A DNA stretch of 64,000 nt from a virus (Duplodnaviria > Heunggongvirae > Uroviricota > Caudoviricetes), in the IMG/VR virus record IMGVR_UViG_3300028048_000076. One strand, written 5' to 3'. The notes beneath the pieces are model-generated. The model made no database searches. It had not been told where the DNA came from and saw only the letters and a program-made list of their open reading frames with translations. Of the stretch, positions 1-8,779 are shown piece by piece (the stretch's first letter is position 1; every line of letters begins with the position of its first letter). The position numbers and the translations under genes were made by a program.

Positions 1-381
1 AATACAATTACAAAAATTGTGGAACGTGACCGTCAACCTGAAACTGTAGTTACTTCTACAGGAAAGAATTATGAGAAAGTTGCACAAAAAGAAGCTACAA
101 AGCGAAATGCAGATGCAGTTGTTGTAACTCCTTCACAGGGAGAAACAAAACAAATTGAAGACATAAAAGATAGTGACGTAGTAAATCTTAATCAATATAA
201 CATTCAAGCATATCCAAAACATATTATGAGTGTTGGTGCATATTCGGATGGAGATGTTACTGTTGATTATGAAAACCAAATAAAATTCTTAGGGAAACAC
301 ATGTATGTTGGGCCTAGTGTAAAATACAATAATAAAGACCATGATGTTGCTATGGGTATAAAAGCAACAATACCATTTTAA
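1..381 (+). CDS. 5'-partial protein; C-terminus is an amphipathic beta-strand ending in Phe (possible envelope/lysis accessory protein)
   Basis: Frame is open from base 1; ends VAMGIKATIPF. Confidence 0.5.
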   Translation, partial: NTITKIVERDRQPETVVTSTGKNYEKVAQKEATKRNADAVVVTPSQGETKQIEDIKDSDVVNLNQYNIQAYPKHIMSVGAYSDGDVTVDYENQIKFLGKHMYVGPSVKYNNKDHDVAMGIKATIPF

Positions 382-397
382 GAAAGGAAGCATTTTT

Positions 398-1114
398 GTG
401 GCTATAGTAAAACAATGTAAAGTATGTAAGTCAAAACATAAATCTATTGTTGAAGAACTTGCACAAAAAAAGTTTTCGGCAGAAAAGATTTATGAATATT
501 TACAAGGATTAACAAATCCTCGTGATGTAAAAATTGTTCAAGAAGAACAATTAAAACCATCTTCAATTCGTAGACATTTGCAAAGACATTGGGATGCTAA
601 AACAAATGAATTGGCATCACAAGCGAATGTAAAATCAAAAATTAAAGATTCTCGAAAGAATTATGCAGATGGTGTAAAAATTAATATTGACAAAGCTAAT
701 ACTATTGCACACATGATTGAAATTGCGTTAGCTCGAATGGAAGAAGTTGAAGAGCTTTCTGATGCAAAGAAACACCAATATACGATTGGTTATATGGGAC
801 AAGTAAAAGGACTTGTTGACGAACTTAACAAAGTAAGTTCTGAAATTGCTGACTCAGGTGGAGTAATTGATTCCAATTTCTATTCGAATCAGATGGACAC
901 TTTTGCAAAAATTGTTCTTGCGACAATTCGTGCTTTAGACCAACAATTTAATATGAATTACAATCTTGAAGTGGCTTTTTCTGAAGAGTTTAAAAAGCAG
1001 TATACAGCTTTTAAAGAAAGAGAACGCATGATTTTTCAAGGAGAATTATCACCGAAAGACGGAGAAAAAGAACGCAACGTCAATACATTTAATGATGATT
1101 CTTGCTTAGTATAA
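398..1114 (+). CDS. Hypothetical protein with N-terminal CxxC...HxxxH Zn/HTH-like motif (possibly terminase small subunit-like)
   Basis: CKVC ... SSIRRHLQRH; RBS AAGGAAG upstream. Function is a guess. Confidence 0.4.
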   Translation: MAIVKQCKVCKSKHKSIVEELAQKKFSAEKIYEYLQGLTNPRDVKIVQEEQLKPSSIRRHLQRHWDAKTNELASQANVKSKIKDSRKNYADGVKINIDKANTIAHMIEIALARMEEVEELSDAKKHQYTIGYMGQVKGLVDELNKVSSEIADSGGVIDSNFYSNQMDTFAKIVLATIRALDQQFNMNYNLEVAFSEEFKKQYTAFKERERMIFQGELSPKDGEKERNVNTFNDDSCLV

Positions 1115-1127
1115 AGAAGGTGAAACT

Positions 1128-1592
1128 ATGGGCTACAAAATTTATTTTAATACTTTTTACGAAGTTGGCAATTTTCTTGCTTATGCACAAGATTTATGGG
1201 ATTGGGGTACAAGAGTTTTTCGCCTATCCAATTCCACAGGTGCAGTATTGGACTTAGATACCACAAATTATGCTACTGCCAATAGTAGTGGCTATGTACG
1301 CTTCGGCAATTTGTTAAATTATATTAACAATTACTATGAGCAGAATAACAATCAATCTTTTTCATTAGAAATTAAATTGATTTGTCCTGAATCATTTAGA
1401 GCTTCTGCCGACCCTAATAAATATTATGAGAATTTTTTCATTACATTTTATGCTAATGGTAATAATAATTATATAAACTTGGGATATAGTGAAAACGGCA
1501 ACAATTTACAGACAGCCCCTTATTTAACATTTGTAAGTTATGTTCAAGGATTGTTTGATAAATGGAAAACATATTACACAAATAACAATTAG
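1128..1592 (+). CDS. Hypothetical protein
   Basis: 154-aa ORF, GAAGGTG RBS, operonic. Confidence 0.7.
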   Translation: MGYKIYFNTFYEVGNFLAYAQDLWDWGTRVFRLSNSTGAVLDLDTTNYATANSSGYVRFGNLLNYINNYYEQNNNQSFSLEIKLICPESFRASADPNKYYENFFITFYANGNNNYINLGYSENGNNLQTAPYLTFVSYVQGLFDKWKTYYTNNN

Positions 1593-1603
1593 GAGATATA
1601 ATA

Positions 1604-2272
1604 ATGGATAGATTGATTGCAAATCTAACAGCGTATCATTTGTCTTCCAATTCATTTGACAAATTTGATTTGAGTAAAGCAGAAGAAGAAAGAAAAAGAA
1701 ATGGCGATGTTGAACAATGTATATATGGTTATGATATGTACTTGACTAACACTAAAGATGAAGCTCTTGGATTCAAAAATCAAATCGACAATGCAAAATA
1801 TCTTTATACTGTATCAATCAATGGGTCGTTGAAAGATTTCATTGATTGGTTCGGTGACAACTCACATTTGAAGAAAAAATGTGAGTTATTACTTAAAAAC
1901 AATATTAAAGAGATTGTTATTAATGAATTGGAAAAATGCACATCACGTACAGGACTGAATAACGTCTTGTGTAGATACAATCTTGACAAATATACATTGG
2001 AAGCACACGAGGACGAAGACAAACTATCTTCTGAAGAAAAAGAATCTGTCATTAGTGATGTAAAAAAAGAAACCAAAATTGATTTTGATATTGAGGATAT
2101 AATCAATTTTGATGATGATATATATGAAGAAGTTTATTCATTATTCAATAAAGACCACAAAACTACATCCAAAATGTTTGTTTCTGTTGGAATCATTGGT
2201 GTAAAGGCTAATAATTATTTAGTTGTCTTTGATATGGATAATGTAACAATTGTTAACAAAGAAGAGATTTAG
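1604..2272 (+). CDS. Hypothetical acidic protein (N-terminal RLIA motif)
   Basis: 222-aa ORF, AGGAG RBS. Confidence 0.7.
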   Translation: MDRLIANLTAYHLSSNSFDKFDLSKAEEERKRNGDVEQCIYGYDMYLTNTKDEALGFKNQIDNAKYLYTVSINGSLKDFIDWFGDNSHLKKKCELLLKNNIKEIVINELEKCTSRTGLNNVLCRYNLDKYTLEAHEDEDKLSSEEKESVISDVKKETKIDFDIEDIINFDDDIYEEVYSLFNKDHKTTSKMFVSVGIIGVKANNYLVVFDMDNVTIVNKEEI

Positions 2273-2288
2273 GAAGAAGGATTAATTA

Positions 2289-3593
2289 ATGCAGGAATCA
2301 ATCAAAGCGATATTGACAATTTTTACCAATATGGGTTTTAAAGCTTACTACACAGGTAAAAAATGCCGTAATGATTATTACAGCGTAGTTCACAAAGAAG
2401 CTTTAAACAGAACAATGGATATTCGTATTGTTACCAATGCTAGTCCTGAAAATATTGTAAAAATTTTCCCTCATGCAATTCAGCACGAAGAAAATAAAAT
2501 GATTTTTGATATTGAGTTTGCGAATGCCAAATTCGTATTGGAATCATTTCATAAGCAGACCTATTATTTTGAGAAAAAAGAGAACGGAAAGACAATTGAG
2601 GAATTTTTAAGTATTCCTGTCGTTGAAGCGGTTGATTCTATTGAGGACGATTTCAAAAGAAAGGTTTTCAATATTGAATGCGTTGCCATGAATGAAGATG
2701 GTTTTATTTTTGCTAAGAAAACAGAGGAAGACATTAAATCTAAAACCATCCGTACAATTCAAGGTACAAAAGATGTATTCTATCATTATCCTGTACGTTG
2801 TTTGCAAGCATTCGTATTGATGGCAGAAACAGGATTTGATATTGATAAACAGGTGTTAAAAGATATTAAATCAACTATGCGTTATATGCGTTTTATGCCT
2901 AGCGAACAAATTGGTGTTGAATTGCGTAATGTTATGAGAGGAAAATTTGCACTAAAAGCACTTCGTGCAATGCATAAGATTGGTATTTTGAATTCTCGTT
3001 GTTTGGTGCAAAAAGGAGAAGAACAAGAAAAAGAAAAGATTCTGTTCTCTTTGCATTCTTCGGATATAAGTAAATTTGATATTATTAGCAAATTCCGTGT
3101 TAATAAAGAAGTTGAACTCGAACTTTGGGCTTTACTGTTTGATGATGCGAAAACTGCTATTGAAGAACTTGAAAAGTTCCATTGCTTTTCCGAAGAAGAA
3201 TTCAATACAATTATTTGGTTAATTAACAATAAACACATTGTGAAAAAAGCAGATGATATTCAATTGAGAAATGATATTTATAATTCATTAGACTCTTTTG
3301 AAAAAGTACAGGGCATTCATCATCTAAAGAAATTAATTCTCCATGCAAATCATATTTTTAAAGTAGTGAATGAAAATTACAGTAAGGAAGAAAAAAATGA
3401 AATTGCCAACAAGATGTTATACAACATTTGTTGCAGACCTTATTTTGTAAATCAGCTTACTTGGAAAATTAGTCAGACTGACAAAGAAATGTTAATTGAA
3501 AAGCTTTTAAATGAAAATGTTTATCCATTTGAAGAAAAAGATATTAATGCATTTCTTGATAAATATAATTGCAAGAAATTGGGGGATAAATAA
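2289..3593 (+). CDS. CCA-adding/poly(A) polymerase family nucleotidyltransferase homolog with degenerate catalytic motifs
   Basis: GFKAYYTG, DIRIVTNASPE, DDFKRKVFNIECVAM, EDIKSKTIRTI and PSEQIGVELRNVM align in order with class II CCA-enzyme motifs. GGxVRD, DxD, RRD and EDxxR are altered. Confidence 0.75.
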   Translation: MQESIKAILTIFTNMGFKAYYTGKKCRNDYYSVVHKEALNRTMDIRIVTNASPENIVKIFPHAIQHEENKMIFDIEFANAKFVLESFHKQTYYFEKKENGKTIEEFLSIPVVEAVDSIEDDFKRKVFNIECVAMNEDGFIFAKKTEEDIKSKTIRTIQGTKDVFYHYPVRCLQAFVLMAETGFDIDKQVLKDIKSTMRYMRFMPSEQIGVELRNVMRGKFALKALRAMHKIGILNSRCLVQKGEEQEKEKILFSLHSSDISKFDIISKFRVNKEVELELWALLFDDAKTAIEELEKFHCFSEEEFNTIIWLINNKHIVKKADDIQLRNDIYNSLDSFEKVQGIHHLKKLILHANHIFKVVNENYSKEEKNEIANKMLYNICCRPYFVNQLTWKISQTDKEMLIEKLLNENVYPFEEKDINAFLDKYNCKKLGDK

Positions 3594-3907
3594 TGAAACG
3601 CTTGATTGCTAGTGATGAACTACATAACGCTAGTGCAAAAGCATTAGAAGTACGTAAAAATGCAACAGATTTACTCGACAACTATAAACAGTTGTTTGAA
3701 AATCTAACTATTTTATATAATGAATATCCTATGCTTTATCAGGAGATTCAGCGTGTAGTTAAGTTACCTACTAATGAGGATGCACAGAATGTAGTACGTT
3801 TCTATGAAGATTTACTGCAAGAACTTGAACTCTTAAAAGACTCTGATAAACTTGAAATGGTACTTCGTGGCAATTCATTAGACCAAGGTAATGAAGAAGA
3901 AAACTAA
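3593..3907 (+). CDS. Hypothetical protein (N-terminal KRLIA motif)
   Basis: 104-aa ORF coupled to the previous stop codon. Confidence 0.7.
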   Translation: MKRLIASDELHNASAKALEVRKNATDLLDNYKQLFENLTILYNEYPMLYQEIQRVVKLPTNEDAQNVVRFYEDLLQELELLKDSDKLEMVLRGNSLDQGNEEEN

Positions 3908-3920
3908 GAGTATTAATTTT

Positions 3921-3951
3921 AAAGAGGGGAATATTGATTCCTCTCTTTTTT
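3921..3951 (+). terminator. Intrinsic terminator
   Basis: aagagggga-loop-ttcctctctt followed by a T-run. Confidence 0.7.
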
Positions 3952-3970
3952 AATAAAAGAAGGTGAGAAA

Positions 3971-4666
3971 ATGGCTTTTGGCAAAATTAAAAAAGTAACT
4001 CTTGAAGAATTTAATGATTTGAATAAAACATGGTCGCCAATTTATCCTAAAACTTCAGGTGATATGGTAGTTGGTCGTGTAGAAAATGCTCGTTTGTTTG
4101 ATGGTCGTGAAACAAAAGATTTTATGCCATCTACATTTTCTAGTAATATGCGTGTAATTTCTAATCTTGCAAAAGAAACCCCACAAGGTATGCTTGTTAA
4201 AGGGTTGGTTGTAACAAGCAATTATGATAAAAATGAAGTTGGTATGGCTTACAATTCTATTTGGGTTCAAGGTACAGTAAAGGTAAACAATGGTACACTT
4301 GAAGTAGCTACGCAAAAATATGTAGATGAAATTCATGGTCAGCTTACAACAGGCGATTATACAGTTACTGATAGTCAGTCAGCAGGTGGAAAGAAAAACA
4401 CCACACAGAGTGGTGAAATTTACAACCATTTGGTGTATCGTGCAGAAAAAGCAGATAAATTAACCACCCCTGTACAAATTAACGAAGTATACTTTGATGG
4501 AACTAAAAATATTCAAATTCCATTCTATGAAGTATCTGAAAACGCTCCTGCAAATAAAACAAAGTTATGGATTAAAAAGTCAACCCATACATTATATTAT
4601 TATGATAGTTCAGCAGGGAAATGGATGCCAACAACTTCTGTATGGTATGAGGATAGGAATGGTTAA
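3971..4666 (+). CDS. Putative tail/tail-fibre-associated protein
   Basis: AEKADKLTTPVQINEVYFDGTKNI matches the common tail-fibre motif ADKL..A..INGV.FDG..DI. Confidence 0.55.
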   Translation: MAFGKIKKVTLEEFNDLNKTWSPIYPKTSGDMVVGRVENARLFDGRETKDFMPSTFSSNMRVISNLAKETPQGMLVKGLVVTSNYDKNEVGMAYNSIWVQGTVKVNNGTLEVATQKYVDEIHGQLTTGDYTVTDSQSAGGKKNTTQSGEIYNHLVYRAEKADKLTTPVQINEVYFDGTKNIQIPFYEVSENAPANKTKLWIKKSTHTLYYYDSSAGKWMPTTSVWYEDRNG

Positions 4667-4668
4667 CA

Positions 4669-5316
4669 ATGGCTAATGTATATACAACTCAACAAACACA
4701 AAAAAGTGTGTTGGATAAATTATATAATAGATATGATACCGTTGTAAAAAAAGTAAAATTGGCAGGCGAACCTTTAACTTCTGATAGAGGTGAAAAAACC
4801 ACCCTCCCTAGAAATAATTTCCAAGCTTTGTATCAGCAAAAAGTAGACTATGAAGCAAATAGTAAAATTCCTCGCTTAATTACCGTTAAAGATTTACAAG
4901 AAGCAATTAATTATCTTGAAGGTCGTTTTACGGAAAATTGTGATTGTGCTTCTATTGCAGTAAAATGTCAAACTTGTCAAGCGCAGTGCAGCTACGATAG
5001 CGGTAGTCAGGTCAGTGGGCTAAGTTGTCAGTATACAACCGAACGTGTTGTATGCCAAAGTTACGCTTGTCAAACTCTCAAATGTCAAACTATTAGTTCA
5101 ATTAAAAGTTGTGAAGTTTGTCAGAGTTGTCAGCTTTGTCAAAAAGATGATGACGCAGTTGGTTGTCAGTCATGTCAATTATTCTCCTGTCAGACGTTAA
5201 GATGTGAAACAGCAAAGCCACAATGCGTTTGTCAGACTTGCCAAACAAATTGTTCACAATGTTCCTGTCAATCATTGGGTACATACAAGTCCTGTCAATC
5301 TCAATGTACGGTATAA
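4669..5316 (+). CDS. Protein with Cys/Gln-rich C-terminal low-complexity domain (CQxCQ repeats)
   Basis: C-terminal half is densely packed with CQ/CQTCQ/CQSCQ units. Confidence 0.8.
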   Translation: MANVYTTQQTQKSVLDKLYNRYDTVVKKVKLAGEPLTSDRGEKTTLPRNNFQALYQQKVDYEANSKIPRLITVKDLQEAINYLEGRFTENCDCASIAVKCQTCQAQCSYDSGSQVSGLSCQYTTERVVCQSYACQTLKCQTISSIKSCEVCQSCQLCQKDDDAVGCQSCQLFSCQTLRCETAKPQCVCQTCQTNCSQCSCQSLGTYKSCQSQCTV

Positions 5317-5445
5317 CAAAAAAGAGGTGTGTTACATTTTCGTGGCATACCTCTTTTTTGTTATTTTTTTAAAAAAAAGTGTTGACAAGTGATTTAAGAA
5401 GAGTTATAATAAATACAGAGTTAAGGATTGATTGATAGGAGGAAC
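5314..5445 (+). repeat. Terminator-promoter-RBS cassette, copy 1
   Basis: Hairpin aaaaaagaggt..tacctctttttt, TTGACA 5382, TATAAT 5405, AGGAGG 5437; closely similar to 6959-7090. Confidence 0.9.
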
Positions 5446-5451
5446 ATAAAA

Positions 5452-6534
5452 ATGTTTAAGAATCCGAACTACGCATGGTTGCTTGATTTTGAATTACCTG
5501 AAGACCCCTTCTTTGGTGGTTTCTATTATATGAATCTGTATCACAAACTGTTCAAACAGGGTACTAATGAAGACCGTTATGAACTTGAAAAATTGTATAA
5601 TGAAATGAAAACTGATGCTCCGTTCCCATTTAATCTGTTGGTGGCATTGGTAAACTTTGGTGAAACGTATTATAAAACTGTAGATATGTTCATCTATAAA
5701 CGCAAAAGTGAACACTATGAAGATGAACGTCAGCGCAGATATGAAATTGACCAGGATAATTATCAGAAAAACATTGATGATTTGCGTAAAAAAAATTCAA
5801 TTCTGTCTTATGGTTATGACCGTGCAGAAGCAGAAAAAACTGCATTGGCAGTTGGTGCAGAACTTGAAGCAAATCATACTGAGGAACAGAATACCAAAGA
5901 GCGTGACCCTGAAAACGAAAACAATATCGTTAAATATGAATGCGGTCACTATGTCAAAAACAATGTAAAGTGCTTAAAAAAAGAGGACATTGTTGTTACA
6001 GATGTTTTTACAGGCGAAAAAAGAGTTATTCATGCTGTATTGTTCGATAAATTTAAGGGTTTTTATAACTGTGCCATTTATTGCGAATCAGAAAAACATA
6101 TTTTGACGAATGATGTTGTTATACATCAAGGTTGGTCTGATTCTTATACGGATAAGGTTGCAAAAGGAAATTGGGGAAGTTGCAGATTCCGTGGTATTGA
6201 ATCTATGTATCGTGAGTTCATTGATGATTTTAAAACTATGGCAAAATTCAATAGTTTCGATTATATTTCTGATTACGGTGGAATGACCAATACTCTTGAC
6301 TATCAAGAACAGAAAGATGCATATAACAAGATGGTTAAGAAGGTTAAAGCTGATGAAGAAAAGGCAAAGAAAAAAGCAGAACTTCAGTCTTTGGAAGAAA
6401 AAGTTCGTAAAGATTTAGGTCTTAATCCTGTGCAGAAATCTCAGCCGAAAGCCACTTCCGTTGATATTTCCAAAATTAATAAGGCTTTGGGAATTGAGGA
6501 TGGAGATGATGACCTCAACGGAAATATTTTCTAA
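5452..6534 (+). CDS. Hypothetical early protein
   Basis: Start reassigned to ATG 5452, which follows AGGAGG. Confidence 0.75.
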   Translation: MFKNPNYAWLLDFELPEDPFFGGFYYMNLYHKLFKQGTNEDRYELEKLYNEMKTDAPFPFNLLVALVNFGETYYKTVDMFIYKRKSEHYEDERQRRYEIDQDNYQKNIDDLRKKNSILSYGYDRAEAEKTALAVGAELEANHTEEQNTKERDPENENNIVKYECGHYVKNNVKCLKKEDIVVTDVFTGEKRVIHAVLFDKFKGFYNCAIYCESEKHILTNDVVIHQGWSDSYTDKVAKGNWGSCRFRGIESMYREFIDDFKTMAKFNSFDYISDYGGMTNTLDYQEQKDAYNKMVKKVKADEEKAKKKAELQSLEEKVRKDLGLNPVQKSQPKATSVDISKINKALGIEDGDDDLNGNIF

Positions 6535-6622
6535 AATTAATTTGAGAGTAGGAATTTCCTACTCTCTTTTCTTTGAGATTTTTTTGTCTTAATTTACTAT
6601 ACTATAATTGAGGTGATAAAAA

Positions 6623-6928
6623 ATGGAATTGATTTATGTTATTATGGTTCTTGCAGTTGTACTTTATGGTGGGAATATTTATTTAACCAAACGCAACGAT
6701 AAAAAAGCGTTGGAAAATGAATTACGTATGCAAGCCCTCGAACTTTTCCTTTATGCTGAAAAGCAGAATCTTATCGGTGAAGAAAAAATGAATTTGGTTG
6801 TCGAAAAGATTTTGGAACGTGTAGATGGCACTGTTATTTCTGCTGTTGTTAATGGTACAACTCTTCGCAATTGGTTACAGGCACTTTATGACGAAGTGAA
6901 AGCTAAATTGCAGGAAGAAATCAAATAA
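6623..6928 (+). CDS. Putative holin (LL-H-like)
   Basis: One N-terminal TM helix followed by LFLYAEKQ..GEEKMNLVV. Confidence 0.55.
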   Translation: MELIYVIMVLAVVLYGGNIYLTKRNDKKALENELRMQALELFLYAEKQNLIGEEKMNLVVEKILERVDGTVISAVVNGTTLRNWLQALYDEVKAKLQEEIK

Positions 6929-6958
6929 ATTCCTAAATATTCAAACTATTTAGGAATT

Positions 6959-7090
6959 TAACAAAAAAGAGGTATGTCGTATTTTCGTGGCATACCTCTT
7001 TTTTGTTGTTTTTGTTTTAAAAAAGTGTTGACAAAACATTTTAGAAGAGTTACAATAAATACAGAGTTGAAGATTGATTGGTAGGAGGAA
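6959..7090 (+). repeat. Terminator-promoter-RBS cassette, copy 2
   Basis: Same hairpin, TTGACA 7028, TACAAT 7051, AGGAGG 7083. Confidence 0.9.
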
Positions 7091-7096
7091 TGAGAA

Positions 7097-7351
7097 ATGA
7101 ACAAAATAAAATCTATTGCAGGTTACATTAATGAAAAAGGTCAGCTTGTATACCTTTCGAACGAAGGTATTAGCACTACAGTTGCAGGAGCAAAAAAGTT
7201 TGATGATTGGGGCGATGCTCGAAATGAAATTTTCAACACCAATAATAATGTACACCTTGGGTGGTTTGTGTTCTTGGTAAATGAGGAAACAGGCAATTGT
7301 ACTGTACGAAATCATATTTGCTACGATACAATTGAACTCCCTGATATTTGA
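7097..7351 (+). CDS. Hypothetical protein
   Basis: 84-aa ORF behind the cassette. Confidence 0.7.
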   Translation: MNKIKSIAGYINEKGQLVYLSNEGISTTVAGAKKFDDWGDARNEIFNTNNNVHLGWFVFLVNEETGNCTVRNHICYDTIELPDI

Positions 7352-7390
7352 CAAAGCATTTTAGAAAAGTTATAATAAATGCAGAGGTAG
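7348..7390 (+). promoter_or_regulatory. Sigma70-type promoter of the conserved class
   Basis: TTGACA-17-TATAAT with TTAGAAAAGTTATAATAAATGCAGAG. Confidence 0.8.
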
Positions 7391-7407
7391 ATAGAAGGTG
7401 ATATATT

Positions 7408-7617
7408 ATGGATTGGACATCATTTTTAATAACAGCCGAAGCTATGGTGGTTGTTATTTCAACAATAGTGGCTATTAATGCAATGAACGAAACGAAACAA
7501 ATCTTAAAGCAAATGAGGGAAGAGAACTATTGTAATGTAACCAATAATGGGCAGGTTAATGTTACTAACAGTGGTAATAATTCAGGTGTAATTGATGGTA
7601 CAACTGAAATCCGCTAA
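7408..7617 (+). CDS. Small membrane-anchored protein
   Basis: N-terminal hydrophobic stretch; own promoter. Confidence 0.6.
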   Translation: MDWTSFLITAEAMVVVISTIVAINAMNETKQILKQMREENYCNVTNNGQVNVTNSGNNSGVIDGTTEIR

Positions 7618-7655
7618 TATTGATTAACAATTTCAAAAAAAGTTTTAAAAAAGTG

Positions 7656-7695
7656 TTGACAAATCATTTTAGAAGAGTTATAATAAATACAGAAG
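7656..7695 (+). promoter_or_regulatory. Sigma70-type promoter of the conserved class
   Basis: TTGACA 7656, TATAAT 7679, TTAGAAGAGTTATAATAAATACAGA. Confidence 0.85.
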
Positions 7696-7749
7696 TTGAG
7701 GGAACGCAAAAAGCGTTCAGAGTGAGTTACTAATAGGAGGTAATTAATT

Positions 7750-8709
7750 ATGAGTGCCAATGTTGAGTCTTTATTCTATGTCGATGCTGATGGTCGCCAC
7801 ACTCCGTGGCATGGTATGGGTTATCGTGTTTTCGAAGCTCCCACAAGTGGGGATGCTCTTGTAGCCGCAGGTCTTGATTGGGAAGTTAAACAGACTCCTG
7901 CATTCATCAATGTAGATGGTCAGCAGATTCCCACAGGCGATATGGTCAACTATCGTGATTCCGACAATAAAGTTCTCGGCACTGTAAGTGGTCGTTATCG
8001 CATTGTTCAGAATCGTGAAGCATTTGCCTTTACTGATGAACTGCTTGCTAATGATGAAGTGGAAGTTCATTATGAAACGGCAGGGTCGCTTAATGGTGGT
8101 CGCACGGTATGGATGCTTGCACAGATGCCTGAAATGAGTGTTCTTGGCGATAAAGTGGAATCTTATCTGCTGTTCTCTAACAGTCATGATGGTAGTTCTT
8201 GTGTCCGTTGCAATATCACGAATGTTCGTGTTGTATGTCAGAATACCTTGAATTATGCACTCAGTACGGCTCGTAGGTCTTGGTCTTTTGCTCACAAGGG
8301 CGATATTGAGAGCAAAATTGAGGAAGCTCGGCGTACTCTTGAACTTGCACAGGTTTACAATCAGCAGTTCGAAAAACATGCCGAAACCCTTGCAGTGAAA
8401 AAGATTTCTGCTGAAGATGCCAAGAAGATTCTCGATAAGATGTTCCCCATTGAAGAGGATGGAATCTCTGAAATCAAGCTCAATCATCAGATTCAGCTTC
8501 GAGAAAACTTTTTCAAGTGCTACAATGCTGATGATATTGTAGACTATAAAGGTACTGCATGGGGTATGCTGAATGCATTCTCTGATATGATTTACCACGG
8601 CGGTGCAACCCTCCGCAATACGCAAACTCAGGCAGAACGTCAGTTGCTTTCCGTTATCAACGGCAATAACCTGTTTGACAAAGCACATAGTCTTCTGCTT
8701 GCAGCTTAA
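7750..8709 (+). CDS. DUF932/DUF945 family phage/plasmid protein
   Basis: PWHGMG..APTSGDALVAAGLDWEV, YETAGSLNGGR, NSHDGSS, RVVCQNTL, TAWGMLNA. Confidence 0.85.
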   Translation: MSANVESLFYVDADGRHTPWHGMGYRVFEAPTSGDALVAAGLDWEVKQTPAFINVDGQQIPTGDMVNYRDSDNKVLGTVSGRYRIVQNREAFAFTDELLANDEVEVHYETAGSLNGGRTVWMLAQMPEMSVLGDKVESYLLFSNSHDGSSCVRCNITNVRVVCQNTLNYALSTARRSWSFAHKGDIESKIEEARRTLELAQVYNQQFEKHAETLAVKKISAEDAKKILDKMFPIEEDGISEIKLNHQIQLRENFFKCYNADDIVDYKGTAWGMLNAFSDMIYHGGATLRNTQTQAERQLLSVINGNNLFDKAHSLLLAA

Positions 8710-8712
8710 ACG

Positions 8713-8745
8713 AAAAGACCTCTCAATTGAGAGGTCTTTTTTTTT
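8713..8745. terminator. Bidirectional intrinsic terminator
   Basis: aaaagacctctc-aatt-gagaggtctttt between convergent genes. Confidence 0.85.
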
Positions 8746-8779
8746 GTGAGAAATGTTGTCAGAATATTTAGGAATTTAA

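Noticed and set aside
7771-8688. Long antisense ORF (also 17110-17961, 20859-21443, 27904-28422, 36048-36554)
   Set aside because: These are shadow frames of well-supported genes, with no RBS or recognisable motifs.
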